Shown: positions 10,504 to 20,338 of the stretch, piece after piece
Numbering within the stretch: the first letter of the stretch is position 1
Layout of the letters: every line of letters begins with the position of its first letter
Virus record (IMG/VR): IMGVR_UViG_3300037418_003103
DNA from: a virus
Taxonomy: Duplodnaviria; Heunggongvirae; Uroviricota; Caudoviricetes
DNA length: 64,000 nt
Reading direction: 5' to 3' (one strand)
Position numbers and translations under genes: made by a program
The notes under the pieces: model-generated
What the model was told of the DNA's origin: nothing
Seen by the model: the letters and a program-made list of their open reading frames with translations, nothing else
Database searches by the model: none

Positions 10504-11889
10504 TTAATGAATCATTACATTAGGGAGTAGGGAGGTCAATTTGCAAGTGTCTTCAAAGCTTAGATTCGACCTATCGATAGAGAACGTAACCAATGAACCG
10601 CCATTTGAAGAATCTAAATATTTTAATTCGTCAGGAATTTTACTTATTTTATTACCCTTTAAATTTAAGAAAGCCAATTTTTTTAAATTACAAATTTCTT
10701 TAGGTATTTCTTTTATTTTATTATTAGGTAGAGATAACATTTCTAATTTATTTAAACTTCCAATAGAAGTATGAATATTTTTAAGGTCACAATTAGCCAT
10801 GGTAAGCATATCAACATTACTAAAGGAGGAAATATCTGGTATTTCCACTATGTGCTTATCCATTAATGTAATGACAGGAGTTCTTTTGTCCATTAATTCA
10901 AATATACAGTTATCAAAGCCAAGCATCAATAAAGCATCTACATACTTGTTATCAGTAGGATTAATTGACATTTTTGCCAAGGCTATTAATTCTGAATAGA
11001 AATATTTTTCTATCTCCTCATCAACATCAAATATTTTTTCTCTAATGTTTACATGCGAATTAGATTTATTCATATATTGACCAGTTTCTATATGAATTTG
11101 ATACAATTCGTCTGAATCTCCATTTAAAAATTTATTATTTATTATAATATATAAGTCTGATTTTTTACCGTTAGGCTTTTTATTATCGGTATAATGCTCA
11201 AACATTCCATTATCTTTGACAGAAGTACACCAGCTAACAAATTTTCCGAATATCACGCTAGCATCCCTTGTTTTAGGTATATAAACAGTAAAATATCTAT
11301 CCTTGAATGGTATGATAGCTTGTTTAGACGATACATATCTATTAATCAGATTAAGCATCGCTCCAGCCGATTTTTCTATGAAGGGATCAACAGCTTCAAA
11401 TAGTTGAGATAAACTTTTATACTGGTTTATATCGGTATAGTCAGTAATGCTTTTTAAAATAAAATTACCACTACACAAAGAAGCAAATTTATTTTTACGT
11501 TTGTTTTCCTCAAATACTAAAAATAGTTTACTTGCTTGGGGGAGATCTTCTGTTACAAATCGTAACGCTTCTTTTACATTCTCTTTAATTAATCTTACAA
11601 ATGCATTGAGCATCCATTGAACAAAAACGAAATTTTTGCTTGGATCAGCAGCTATCATATCAGAAAAAACAAGTTGCGAGATGCTTGCCCTCTTATTAAT
11701 TATCTCATCGCCTTTTTCTTCTCCTAAGATAATAGCCAAACATTTAGAGGTTTTGGGATCGGTTAGAAAATTACATACGCCTAATTTAGAAAATTCTTCA
11801 CACTTCTTTTTAATTTCTTCAGAATCTTCCTCAAATATGTCGAATTTTTTTGCAAGAAATATAAGTCTGTTTGACGCTGAAGTGGGCAT
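10504..11889 (-). CDS. Leucine-rich repeat protein
   Basis: C-terminal LxxLxLxxNxIxxIP repeats (LEMLSLPNNKIKEIPKEICNLKKLAFLNLKGNKISKIP); central SWCTS motif. Confidence 0.8.
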   Translation of the reverse strand: MPTSASNRLIFLAKKFDIFEEDSEEIKKKCEEFSKLGVCNFLTDPKTSKCLAIILGEEKGDEIINKRASISQLVFSDMIAADPSKNFVFVQWMLNAFVRLIKENVKEALRFVTEDLPQASKLFLVFEENKRKNKFASLCSGNFILKSITDYTDINQYKSLSQLFEAVDPFIEKSAGAMLNLINRYVSSKQAIIPFKDRYFTVYIPKTRDASVIFGKFVSWCTSVKDNGMFEHYTDNKKPNGKKSDLYIIINNKFLNGDSDELYQIHIETGQYMNKSNSHVNIREKIFDVDEEIEKYFYSELIALAKMSINPTDNKYVDALLMLGFDNCIFELMDKRTPVITLMDKHIVEIPDISSFSNVDMLTMANCDLKNIHTSIGSLNKLEMLSLPNNKIKEIPKEICNLKKLAFLNLKGNKISKIPDELKYLDSSNGGSLVTFSIDRSNLSFEDTCKLTSLLPNVMIH

Positions 11890-11928
11890 TTTTCACTTTT
11901 TTACAAAGTTACTAAATAAACTTTAAAA

Positions 11929-12267
11929 TTAGCAAAATCTTTTATAGAAATCCTCTTCAAGGTACTCTTCAATTCTTCTTTTCAAGAGCCAGGAAAGAGC
12001 ACTAAGGTTTTCGTTAGAGTATTTATCGAAAGTATTTAAAATAACCTCATTAGGATTATCGCCATCAGTTACACGATATTTAAATTCTTTAAGTATGTTT
12101 TCATCGATAGTTAAGAATTCTTTGAGGATTATATTATAAGTTTCCCATCGTTCGTTTTCTTGCTCATTTTGCTTACTAATAACATTATTTATAAACAATA
12201 GGTATTCTTTATCAAGTTTAGTATTCTTACCTGCGCCCGTTTTTAAAATAAAATTTGTGATTTCCAT
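11929..12267 (-). CDS. Hypothetical protein
   Basis: 112 aa ORF; weak similarity to next ORF (KEFKYRVTDGDNPNEV vs KELQYKLTDTVDPNDE). Confidence 0.7.
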   Translation of the reverse strand: MEITNFILKTGAGKNTKLDKEYLLFINNVISKQNEQENERWETYNIILKEFLTIDENILKEFKYRVTDGDNPNEVILNTFDKYSNENLSALSWLLKRRIEEYLEEDFYKRFC

Positions 12268-12293
12268 TTATTTTAAATTTTTTAATGGTTACA

Positions 12294-12620
12294 TCATTTT
12301 TTAAAACTAGTAACCTTATGGTAAAGTCTTTTAAGTTCTGTCGTGTTATCTTTAACACTTTCCATCATTTTTATACACTCATCATTAGGATCAACCGTAT
12401 CGGTTAATTTGTATTGAAGTTCCTTCACGCGTAACATATCTTTTAAAGTATGTTTTAATTCAAGAATAATTTGATTATAAGTAGACCACACTCTCTTTTT
12501 GCTAAAATTACCTTCAATAAGATTCTCTGTTAGTATTGTTTCATACTCACGTTCCAAATATGTTTCAAATTCTCCGTAATTATCTCTTAAAACTCTTTGT
12601 ATTTTATCTCTCAGTTCCAT
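12294..12620 (-). CDS. Hypothetical protein
   Basis: 108 aa ORF; ILTENLIE motif. Confidence 0.7.
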   Translation of the reverse strand: MELRDKIQRVLRDNYGEFETYLEREYETILTENLIEGNFSKKRVWSTYNQIILELKHTLKDMLRVKELQYKLTDTVDPNDECIKMMESVKDNTTELKRLYHKVTSFKK

Positions 12621-12957
12621 CGCTCAAGGCTACATTTTTTGATAAATTATTGTTTTTTATCCTCCCGTGAGACCAATCTGTGACAACTTGTTTTATAAAC
12701 TCGTCACCTAATTTGTATTTATATTTTAAATAATCAAACAAGGCTTTTGGAGTGATGCTTTCCCCATCTACTTTTATCTTAATCATTGGTTTCTCAACGT
12801 ACTCTCCACCTTTTCTTATAACGCCTACAATTGGCTCATAGTTCATATCCAAATCATTCTTGAGCTTCTCGACAACACTTGTGTATATTCTATTTTCTGA
12901 TAGTCTCTTTTCTAGAGACTTATACTGTTGTTCTGTTATGATAAGTCTTACGCTCAT
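12604..12957 (-). CDS. Hypothetical protein, putative head-internal
   Basis: 117 aa; LIITEQQ and LSEN motifs; ATATTTAT at 12962-12969. Confidence 0.7.
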   Translation of the reverse strand: MSVRLIITEQQYKSLEKRLSENRIYTSVVEKLKNDLDMNYEPIVGVIRKGGEYVEKPMIKIKVDGESITPKALFDYLKYKYKLGDEFIKQVVTDWSHGRIKNNNLSKNVALSDGTER

Positions 12958-12993
12958 ATAGATAAATATTTGAAACTGATTAGAAAGGATGGT

Positions 12994-13308
12994 TTAAAGA
13001 CTAAATGAAGCTATTTTTTCTTGAATTTTATGTTTTGGAATATTTCCTATGCTAGAATCTAATAAATTACCGTTTTTAAGGTATAAAACTGTAGGAACGC
13101 TCCTGATAGAATATTCTGTTGTAGCCCTGTCACACTCTTCAATGTTAACCTTACCAAAGGCAACTGAATGATTAATTTCAGATAAACTAGATAGTACAGG
13201 AGTGAGTATTTTACAAGGTTGGCACCATGGAGCTGAAAAAATTATAACCGCGTTTGTATTATTTGCAATAAAATCTTTTAATGTATCGTCTGTTAAATTT
13301 GTTATCAT
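12994..13308 (-). CDS. trxA: Thioredoxin
   Basis: APWCQPCK active site; IRSVPT cis-Pro motif. Confidence 0.93.
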   Translation of the reverse strand: MITNLTDDTLKDFIANNTNAVIIFSAPWCQPCKILTPVLSSLSEINHSVAFGKVNIEECDRATTEYSIRSVPTVLYLKNGNLLDSSIGNIPKHKIQEKIASFSL

Positions 13309-13355
13309 CTTTATTTTACTATAAATATATTCATAGTTAAATAAATCTAAAGGAA

Positions 13356-13622
13356 TTATTTTATTGATACATAAAAATCATTATATATATTAGCTATTAC
13401 GGAGTCGAATTGAGTAAACATTTCATCCATAAAGAAGTTAATAACATAGTTACAAGAATCTTCATCAGTTAAGCCAAACATAGTTCTGACTATATCAGTA
13501 AGATTTAATAAATAAGAATAGTACATGTCAGTATTTTCACTAATAATTGCATTTCTAATGAAAGAGCAAAAAAGTCTATAATTAGAAAAATTGGAGCCTT
13601 TAAATAATTTGAAGGACTCCAT
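13356..13622 (-). CDS. Hypothetical protein
   Basis: ORF with start trimmed to MESFKLF. Confidence 0.45.
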   Translation of the reverse strand: MESFKLFKGSNFSNYRLFCSFIRNAIISENTDMYYSYLLNLTDIVRTMFGLTDEDSCNYVINFFMDEMFTQFDSVIANIYNDFYVSIK

Positions 13623-13665
13623 ACAGATATTAAAATTTATATAGTATCTAATCTTATACATATTT

Positions 13666-13926
13666 ATGACTATGCCGCATAACAAATTAAATGAAATAAT
13701 ATTATTGTTCCTCAATAGAAATTATAAGGTAACAAGAATAAGATATAAAAATAAATTTAAACGAGTTATTCTTATTAACGGTATAATGCACGTATTGACT
13801 GATCAAGCCTCGATAAATGATGTCGAGAAAAAAATTGATAAAGTTCTGCGATTAGTTTTTAATTGTGACGGTGTTGTCTCAAAAAAAGCTTTGAGTAATT
13901 TTTTACCGCGGTTTTTATCCAAGTAA
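13666..13926 (+). CDS. Hypothetical basic protein
   Basis: 86 aa ORF. Confidence 0.5.
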   Translation: MTMPHNKLNEIILLFLNRNYKVTRIRYKNKFKRVILINGIMHVLTDQASINDVEKKIDKVLRLVFNCDGVVSKKALSNFLPRFLSK

Positions 13927-14082
13927 TAATTAATTTATAAATAATACTTATTTTATTTTTAATATAGGATATGAACGGCATGATACCTAATAAGTATAAT
14001 AGGCTTGGATGGCCTTCACCGCAAAAGCCAAATAAGTGAGCAATGTATTCCATGTTTTTGCTCAAAGTTACTACAATTTTTA

Positions 14083-14520
14083 TTAGATATCAATTTGTTT
14101 ATTAGGAAAATTTTTTATGATCTCATGTTCCAGGGCCTTTTCAGCCACTTCCTTTAACGGAAACAATACAAAATCAAGGGCGTTAATTTTATTAGTAACC
14201 GTTCTCTCAATTGAAGAAGCTTGGTCATACATATCTATATACACTTGATCATCAGGATCATGTGAATCTATCCATTGATAAACTAAACTGCATTTTTTGG
14301 AAAAAGAATGTTCTATTGCACTAACAGAGTGGCCAATATCTTCTAAAGGAATTTCATTATTAAAAATTTCGTTTAGCGTTACAAAACTTAACTTAGAATA
14401 TATTTGATCAAGGCTATGCGCTGCTTTTTCAGCAAACGTTCTAAGTTCAGAAAGCATGTCTGAATTTTCTGTAATCAATTTTAGCCTATGCACCTGGCTT
14501 TCAAGTAGCTTAATTCTCAT
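14083..14520 (-). CDS. Hypothetical protein, putative head-internal
   Basis: 145 aa; KLLESQ and LITEN motifs; ATATTTAT at 14534-14541. Confidence 0.7.
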   Translation of the reverse strand: MRIKLLESQVHRLKLITENSDMLSELRTFAEKAAHSLDQIYSKLSFVTLNEIFNNEIPLEDIGHSVSAIEHSFSKKCSLVYQWIDSHDPDDQVYIDMYDQASSIERTVTNKINALDFVLFPLKEVAEKALEHEIIKNFPNKQIDI

Positions 14521-14557
14521 TTTATTTTTTATTATAAATATCTGATATTTATCCTTA

Positions 14558-15085
14558 GTGAAATTAACAATAGAAATGATTCCTAATACTTGTGCTTTTA
14601 GTAATATTAGAACCTGTATTAAGCCAAGCCAGTGGGATAAAATAAGAAAACTATCTTACTCTATGGCCATGAATAGGTGTGAAATATGTGAAGGAAGAGG
14701 TAAGAGACAAGGATTTAAACATGATTTAGAGTGCCATGAAATATTTGAATATGATGATGTGAATAAGGTTCAAAAGTTAATCGGTCTTGTTTCGTTGTGT
14801 CCAATTTGTCACTTGGTTAAACACTTTGGTAGGGCAAGTGCCATCGGTAAACAAGCTATATGTATGAAGCAACTCCAGAAGTTAAATTCCTGGACACACA
14901 AGGATGTTGTCACCTACCTGAAGGAAGTATATGAATTACATAAAGAACGCTCTAAATATGAATGGAAGCTTGATTTAAGCATCCTAAACGAAGATCCATA
15001 CAATTTAAAATTAGACTTGAATAAAGAACGCGTTTTTAAAGTAAAGAAATACAGAAAAAGAAAGCACAAAAAAAAGAATAAATAA
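14558..15085 (+). CDS. HNH endonuclease-like protein
   Basis: CEIC...LECHEIFEY...LVSLCPICHLVKH zinc/HNH pattern; basic tail. Confidence 0.8.
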   Translation: MKLTIEMIPNTCAFSNIRTCIKPSQWDKIRKLSYSMAMNRCEICEGRGKRQGFKHDLECHEIFEYDDVNKVQKLIGLVSLCPICHLVKHFGRASAIGKQAICMKQLQKLNSWTHKDVVTYLKEVYELHKERSKYEWKLDLSILNEDPYNLKLDLNKERVFKVKKYRKRKHKKKNK

Positions 15086-15086
15086 A

Positions 15087-15497
15087 TTATTTGAGGAATA
15101 TATCAATCACACTTCCCTGGCCATCCATTCTTCTAAAGAAGTATCCGTCAATGTAATACATCATACTTGTAAACATGTTTCCATGTTCTATATATTCTTC
15201 ACTGGTTGCTTCTCTTCCATATTTTTCAGCATAATCAAATAAAAACCAAAATAAAGATTGCGGTGGTTCAATTCCCCGATCCAACCATCTGTAAATGTAT
15301 TTATTTGATTCGTATTTGATTCTTATTTTATAGAATATTTCTCCGATAGAATTAGCATATTTATCATGGAACCTATTAAGTTGAGACTGGCGCACAGCCT
15401 TCTCATTATTAATTTTAACGGCCCATTCTTCAAGTGCCTTTTGACCATCTTCCGAATCTAAGTAATCCAACATCTTAGAATATATATTTTTACTCAT
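15087..15497 (-). CDS. Hypothetical protein
   Basis: 136 aa ORF. Confidence 0.7.
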   Translation of the reverse strand: MSKNIYSKMLDYLDSEDGQKALEEWAVKINNEKAVRQSQLNRFHDKYANSIGEIFYKIRIKYESNKYIYRWLDRGIEPPQSLFWFLFDYAEKYGREATSEEYIEHGNMFTSMMYYIDGYFFRRMDGQGSVIDIFLK

Positions 15498-15961
15498 TTT
15501 TTACTCTTCTTTATTTCTAGCTCTTTATCAATAAATGGCTTTTGAATTGTTTTGATACAATCCAGAATAATTCCTTCAAACAGAACGTGAGTTTCGACAG
15601 GCATAACTGAAACAGCTGCCTTGGTTCTCAGTTCATAAAGTGGAACCATTGGATTATCCTTTGAAACTTCAGCCATTTTATTTTCATGACTTTTAGCTTG
15701 TTTTTTAGCAAATATGCTTTGCTCTTCAATCACAGCGTTTCCATCAGCAATCGCCTCAGATAGTAAGCCACCGCTGTTATTAGCTGTTTCTCCAATAAGT
15801 TGCTTATATACCTCATCAATACCTATACTAACAACGCCAGATTTCATTCCCTTTAATTTAAAGTGAAACTTTTGATCAGCGCCAATTGTAACAACTATTT
15901 CCCTTTCATTATGCTTTAGAGTTGTTTCACGGATTAAGTCTTTATCAAGTATTGTTGCCAT
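15494..15961 (-). CDS. Hypothetical protein
   Basis: 155 aa ORF with a sigma-A promoter upstream (TATATTTG at ~15977-15984). Confidence 0.7.
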   Translation of the reverse strand: MATILDKDLIRETTLKHNEREIVVTIGADQKFHFKLKGMKSGVVSIGIDEVYKQLIGETANNSGGLLSEAIADGNAVIEEQSIFAKKQAKSHENKMAEVSKDNPMVPLYELRTKAAVSVMPVETHVLFEGIILDCIKTIQKPFIDKELEIKKSKK

Positions 15962-16048
15962 TAGTTGTTTTTTTTACAAATATAGAGTAATATTTTCATT
16001 TCGCCAAAAAAATTTTGTCGATTCATTTTAATTTTGTATATTTGTATT

Positions 16049-17323
16049 ATGAAACAAAGCCTAATTTTACCCAATCAATTAGATTCATACTTAAATGTCA
16101 AATACGACCTTTACTCAATGAATGCCAGAGAATTAGCTACTTACTTGAAGAACAATCTTGGAGATGAGTACAAAAAACATAACCCCAGTAAGTATGAAGA
16201 GTCTCATGATATCCCAGAATTGTATGAATATCAGCCGTTTTTTTTATACAAAAAGGATGGTGAGTTTAAATTACTGGATGGCTTTAGAAGACTTCTATGG
16301 TACAATGTGCCTGACATTAATATCATAGTTAGAGTATATAAGGATTTATCTGATGTAGAATTACTTGAGTTAATGATTAATTTAAATCATTTTAAATTTT
16401 TCAGCAATCAAAATTATTATGACAGGGGTTTTTCCTTATTTATGAAGACATTTTTTGACTTGGATATTACAGAAAATAGAGAACTTTTCGATCTTTATTT
16501 ATCCACAAAAAGTTCTATTAGTGGTTTTAGAGGTACAGATAATCCAAAAAATTTAGATAAAAATATACTAGTTAAGAAACGAATTTTAACTCCATACTTT
16601 ATTTCTGACATTAGATTTTTATTTAAACTAAAAGAATCTGGATACTGTGTGGTATCTACATTATCAGCTATAATACATAATTTAAGGGCTGAGATAGGGA
16701 ACAAACTTAAATTAGACGTAGATTCGTTTATAGACAGACTGAATCAAAATGTTAAAATGGCAGAGTTGTCTATGAAACTTAAAAACACTCTTACAACAAG
16801 TACGTACTATGCTTCTAACGCTAAATACATTAACACACTAACTCAGTTCTATGAAAAAATTATAAGAGAAGAAAACGGTTATGAATCAAAAATAACTTAC
16901 ACTGAAGAAGTGGACCAAGTTAAAGAGCTAATTGCTAAATACAAGAAGGACAAAAAATGGCGTAAATTAACAAATATCCAGGGAGATAGAAAAAATACTG
17001 AATTAATTCTTGATAAGATTGGTATGGGTAAAAAGATTAATTTTACTGCTATTATCTATCCAAGTGATAAGGATGTCACAAGATGGGGTGATAGCGGATA
17101 CAAGAAAGTAATACCATCTGGTGAACATAAGGATTTAAAATATGAAATAAAAAGTATGATGGGTAGAACTACTTTTTCTCCTAGACGTGCATATTTAGAA
17201 ATTAGTAACGAATTGTTCCGACTTCACAGCCTAAGTGTAGATAAATATAATGAAGTAGAAACACTAGGAGAATATCCTCACGTAAGACAAAAATGTGAAA
17301 TTTTTTATCAAATAATAGATTAA
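16049..17323 (+). CDS. Protein with N-terminal ParB/Srx-like domain
   Basis: PFFLYKKDGEFKLLDGFRRL ParB-like motif; promoter TTTG-N19-TATATTTG at 16014-16044 places start at ATG 16049. Confidence 0.6.
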   Translation: MKQSLILPNQLDSYLNVKYDLYSMNARELATYLKNNLGDEYKKHNPSKYEESHDIPELYEYQPFFLYKKDGEFKLLDGFRRLLWYNVPDINIIVRVYKDLSDVELLELMINLNHFKFFSNQNYYDRGFSLFMKTFFDLDITENRELFDLYLSTKSSISGFRGTDNPKNLDKNILVKKRILTPYFISDIRFLFKLKESGYCVVSTLSAIIHNLRAEIGNKLKLDVDSFIDRLNQNVKMAELSMKLKNTLTTSTYYASNAKYINTLTQFYEKIIREENGYESKITYTEEVDQVKELIAKYKKDKKWRKLTNIQGDRKNTELILDKIGMGKKINFTAIIYPSDKDVTRWGDSGYKKVIPSGEHKDLKYEIKSMMGRTTFSPRRAYLEISNELFRLHSLSVDKYNEVETLGEYPHVRQKCEIFYQIID

Positions 17324-17370
17324 ATGTAAAACCAGGCAATAAATACGCCTGATCTATCCACCACCAATTA

Positions 17371-18600
17371 TCACAAATAATTAAAATTCAATCGGAGATC
17401 ATTAAACCAGGTGTATTTTTTACCAGTAATTCTAACGTAGTCGTTAAACTTATGAATCATATTATTTACTTCCTCAGTAATTTCAGCCGTTGGAGTGGTG
17501 TTAGCAAAGCTTTTTATCTGAGATAACGAAATTATATCATCATCTGTTTCTGGATTCAATAATTTAATAATAGAAAAGTTGTACTCATCAATTTCTGATT
17601 TGTCTGGGTAATGCAAGCCAATCTCAATTGTACAACCTCTATAGTGATAAATTCCACAAGCACCATCCTCAATTTTACTTATGTAAGTTGCAACGCAATT
17701 TTTATTATTTAATCCTTCCATGTAAAGCAACTTATTTGTGGTAGGCATAAAATAGTCTGAATACTCAGCAAAGTCAATAAAGACTTGATTTATTTTTAAG
17801 TCCATATCTGATTCATAGGATAATATTATTCTAGTATACTCTTTGGTCCATTTATCATGCTCTTCCTTTAATCTTCTTTCGCTCCATTTACAATTTATCT
17901 TTTTATTAAGTGCCGACGCCAGTCTAATTGAATCTATAAAATAACTTGATTCTAAAAAATCCAACCTCAGTAATTGAGTGTTGATGAGCGATTTTCTATA
18001 TTCTTTCCATGTATTTAGAAATTCTACATAACCACCTATTTTTTTAGTGTGTTCAAGTAAAACCTTACACGTGATTTTATTTTCTTTAAATATATAACTA
18101 AGCAGCTTAGTAAGACTAAATAATTTATTTTTAATGATGGTGTTTATATTTGTACCGTGAGCAATGCTGGTTTCGAGTAATATTTGAAGCCAAGGAAATT
18201 TTTTTACTAATAATGTAATCAATTTTTCTTTTGTTTTTGATGGAATAATATTAAAAAATTGGTACAGCCTATTTATGGTTAAATCATAGATACAATGCTT
18301 ACTTCCTTGCTTATTTCTAAAGTATAATTTTTTGTTTTTATAAATTATAGACATAAGCTGTTCTTGATTGGAAAACATCTTGCACGTGGTACTTATTCCA
18401 TAATTTTTTTTAAAAATAATTACTGAAAAATCATCGCTATTCTCTTCATAACAGTACAGAACTTTTTTTATAAAGATGTTTTTATAACCAATGGATTTAT
18501 ATATTACTAATGCGTGTTGTTTGTTATTAGCATAAACTTCTTTTAATCGATTGACGTCTTCAGAAGTTCCCTCGTAGATAATTTTAAATGGCCTAGTCAT
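17371..18600 (-). CDS. PcfJ-like domain protein
   Basis: EGLNNKNCVATY...GIYHY...TIEI...QIKSFAN matches the PcfJ C-terminal pattern. Confidence 0.7.
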   Translation of the reverse strand: MTRPFKIIYEGTSEDVNRLKEVYANNKQHALVIYKSIGYKNIFIKKVLYCYEENSDDFSVIIFKKNYGISTTCKMFSNQEQLMSIIYKNKKLYFRNKQGSKHCIYDLTINRLYQFFNIIPSKTKEKLITLLVKKFPWLQILLETSIAHGTNINTIIKNKLFSLTKLLSYIFKENKITCKVLLEHTKKIGGYVEFLNTWKEYRKSLINTQLLRLDFLESSYFIDSIRLASALNKKINCKWSERRLKEEHDKWTKEYTRIILSYESDMDLKINQVFIDFAEYSDYFMPTTNKLLYMEGLNNKNCVATYISKIEDGACGIYHYRGCTIEIGLHYPDKSEIDEYNFSIIKLLNPETDDDIISLSQIKSFANTTPTAEITEEVNNMIHKFNDYVRITGKKYTWFNDLRLNFNYL

Positions 18601-18645
18601 AAAGTTTTATAAAAGTACTAAAAATAAATTAAGTAAGCAATAAAT

Positions 18646-19119
18646 TTACACTTTGTTTGCGTAATATTTCATATAGGATATAAGACATTTTGACTTCAGC
18701 TTATTAAATTTGTTAATGTTTACAGGAATAGATAATTTTTGTGCTAGAATAAGCGCCTCTTCCCATGCGCGATACTCTTCATGAAAGCATTCAATATAAT
18801 ATTGAGTGCATCTTGTATTTCGTTTCTTATTCTTGCCTAGTCGCAATTCTTCTTCTAGAGAAATAATAGGAAAATTATTCTTAAATATAGACCATTTCTT
18901 TCTTAATTCGTGATGGCCTAGTTCATGCAGAAATAAATAGATACTTGTCTCAATATTAGTTTTCCGTTCAACTAATATTTTGTTAGGCACGTTAAGTGAG
19001 GTGTCTTTCCATAAAACCTGAGAATCAATTCCGTACTCAAAAATCACCTCTTTAAAGCCCTCATCATTTGCATACTGAGTTAAAGTCTTAATACATTTAG
19101 TTAAAGATATCCTTGCCAT
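18646..19119 (-). CDS. Putative metallopeptidase (ImmA/IrrE-like HExxH)
   Basis: FLHELGHH...EEYRAWEEA. Confidence 0.6.
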   Translation of the reverse strand: MARISLTKCIKTLTQYANDEGFKEVIFEYGIDSQVLWKDTSLNVPNKILVERKTNIETSIYLFLHELGHHELRKKWSIFKNNFPIISLEEELRLGKNKKRNTRCTQYYIECFHEEYRAWEEALILAQKLSIPVNINKFNKLKSKCLISYMKYYANKV

Positions 19120-19396
19120 TAACTATAAATAGTTAAATGGACTATTTTATAGCTCTATGACGATAAATTACTTAAAAAATTATAAACGAAATAGTAATTA
19201 AAACTATTAATATTACGCTTAAGACACTAATAGATAAAATCTCTCCGTAATTGGTTTTTTTAATAAATTTGTCTTCAATGATCGGTAATTTATCTGTTAA
19301 AACGTTGATTCCTTCTAAAATTTCTGCTATTCTCTTGGTCATTGTATAAGGTGTGGGTTAAGAAATAACAACTCTAAACACTAATATCTTAAATAC

Positions 19397-20170
19397 TTAA
19401 TTATTAACAGGGATAAGACCTATTAAAAAACTTCTATCCTGAGTAAAAATGGGTATTTCATCCATTCGTTTCCATTCGCTTCTGACTACTCCTGGCGATT
19501 TTTCATACACATGTTTAGTAATTATTCTACCTCTCTTATATTTAGATTCATAATCGTTCCAATTTATACCTGATTTTTGAAAAATCATATCTTGTTGTTT
19601 ATTTGTTGTTTTACCATGAAGTTCCTTACTTGAAAACATACTCTGAGCAACGGAAGAAATTGAATTTCTAGTGGTATCCTGTTGCCTCCATATAAAGTAG
19701 TTTTCAACTTCTGCACGTTGAGGTATTTGAAAAACACGAGAATCAAATTCAGCCATTTTTAAAAAATCTTTAATATTAATAGTCTCTTCTTTTGAACCTG
19801 TAATTAACCTATTAAATCTGGCTTCGTTAAATGCTTTAGTAGCCATAGAAGCCGATACACTACACATTTTCTGTAAGTTGTTATCAAACCAAGCCTGTGT
19901 TGTTATATCATTGAAATCGGTAAGAAGAATGCTTATTTCATCTGATTGTGTAAAGGCAAATTGAGCACCCATTATGTTCTTACATAGATACGCTGCGGTT
20001 GTGTCTATATCATCTATAAGAGTGTCATCAAATGGACGCTGTAGTTTTCTGGTATAAGTATGAAAAGCTTTCCCGTCAATTCTAATAATTGTATAAGCTC
20101 TCCGTGGCAATGAGAAACGAGTTCTGTCTTCATATGCGGTTTTAATTCTGTCGCCAAGTTGATCTATCAT
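19397..20170 (-). CDS. thg1: tRNA(His) guanylyltransferase Thg1-like protein
   Basis: IRIDGKAFHTYT, FTQSDEISILL, FDSRVF, YFIWRQQD. Confidence 0.93.
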   Translation of the reverse strand: MIDQLGDRIKTAYEDRTRFSLPRRAYTIIRIDGKAFHTYTRKLQRPFDDTLIDDIDTTAAYLCKNIMGAQFAFTQSDEISILLTDFNDITTQAWFDNNLQKMCSVSASMATKAFNEARFNRLITGSKEETINIKDFLKMAEFDSRVFQIPQRAEVENYFIWRQQDTTRNSISSVAQSMFSSKELHGKTTNKQQDMIFQKSGINWNDYESKYKRGRIITKHVYEKSPGVVRSEWKRMDEIPIFTQDRSFLIGLIPVNN

Positions 20171-20338
20171 GTTATTTATTTTTTTTGCAAATGTATCGTT
20201 TAGACTGATAAAAACAAAAATTCTTTTAAAGAAAATCCAACTTTTTTTGCACTTCTTATTAACAATCTAAATTCTTATTAAAAGTTGTGTTTAACAAAAG
20301 AAGGTAGTAGGTTTGTTTAAACCAATAAAAACAATCCC

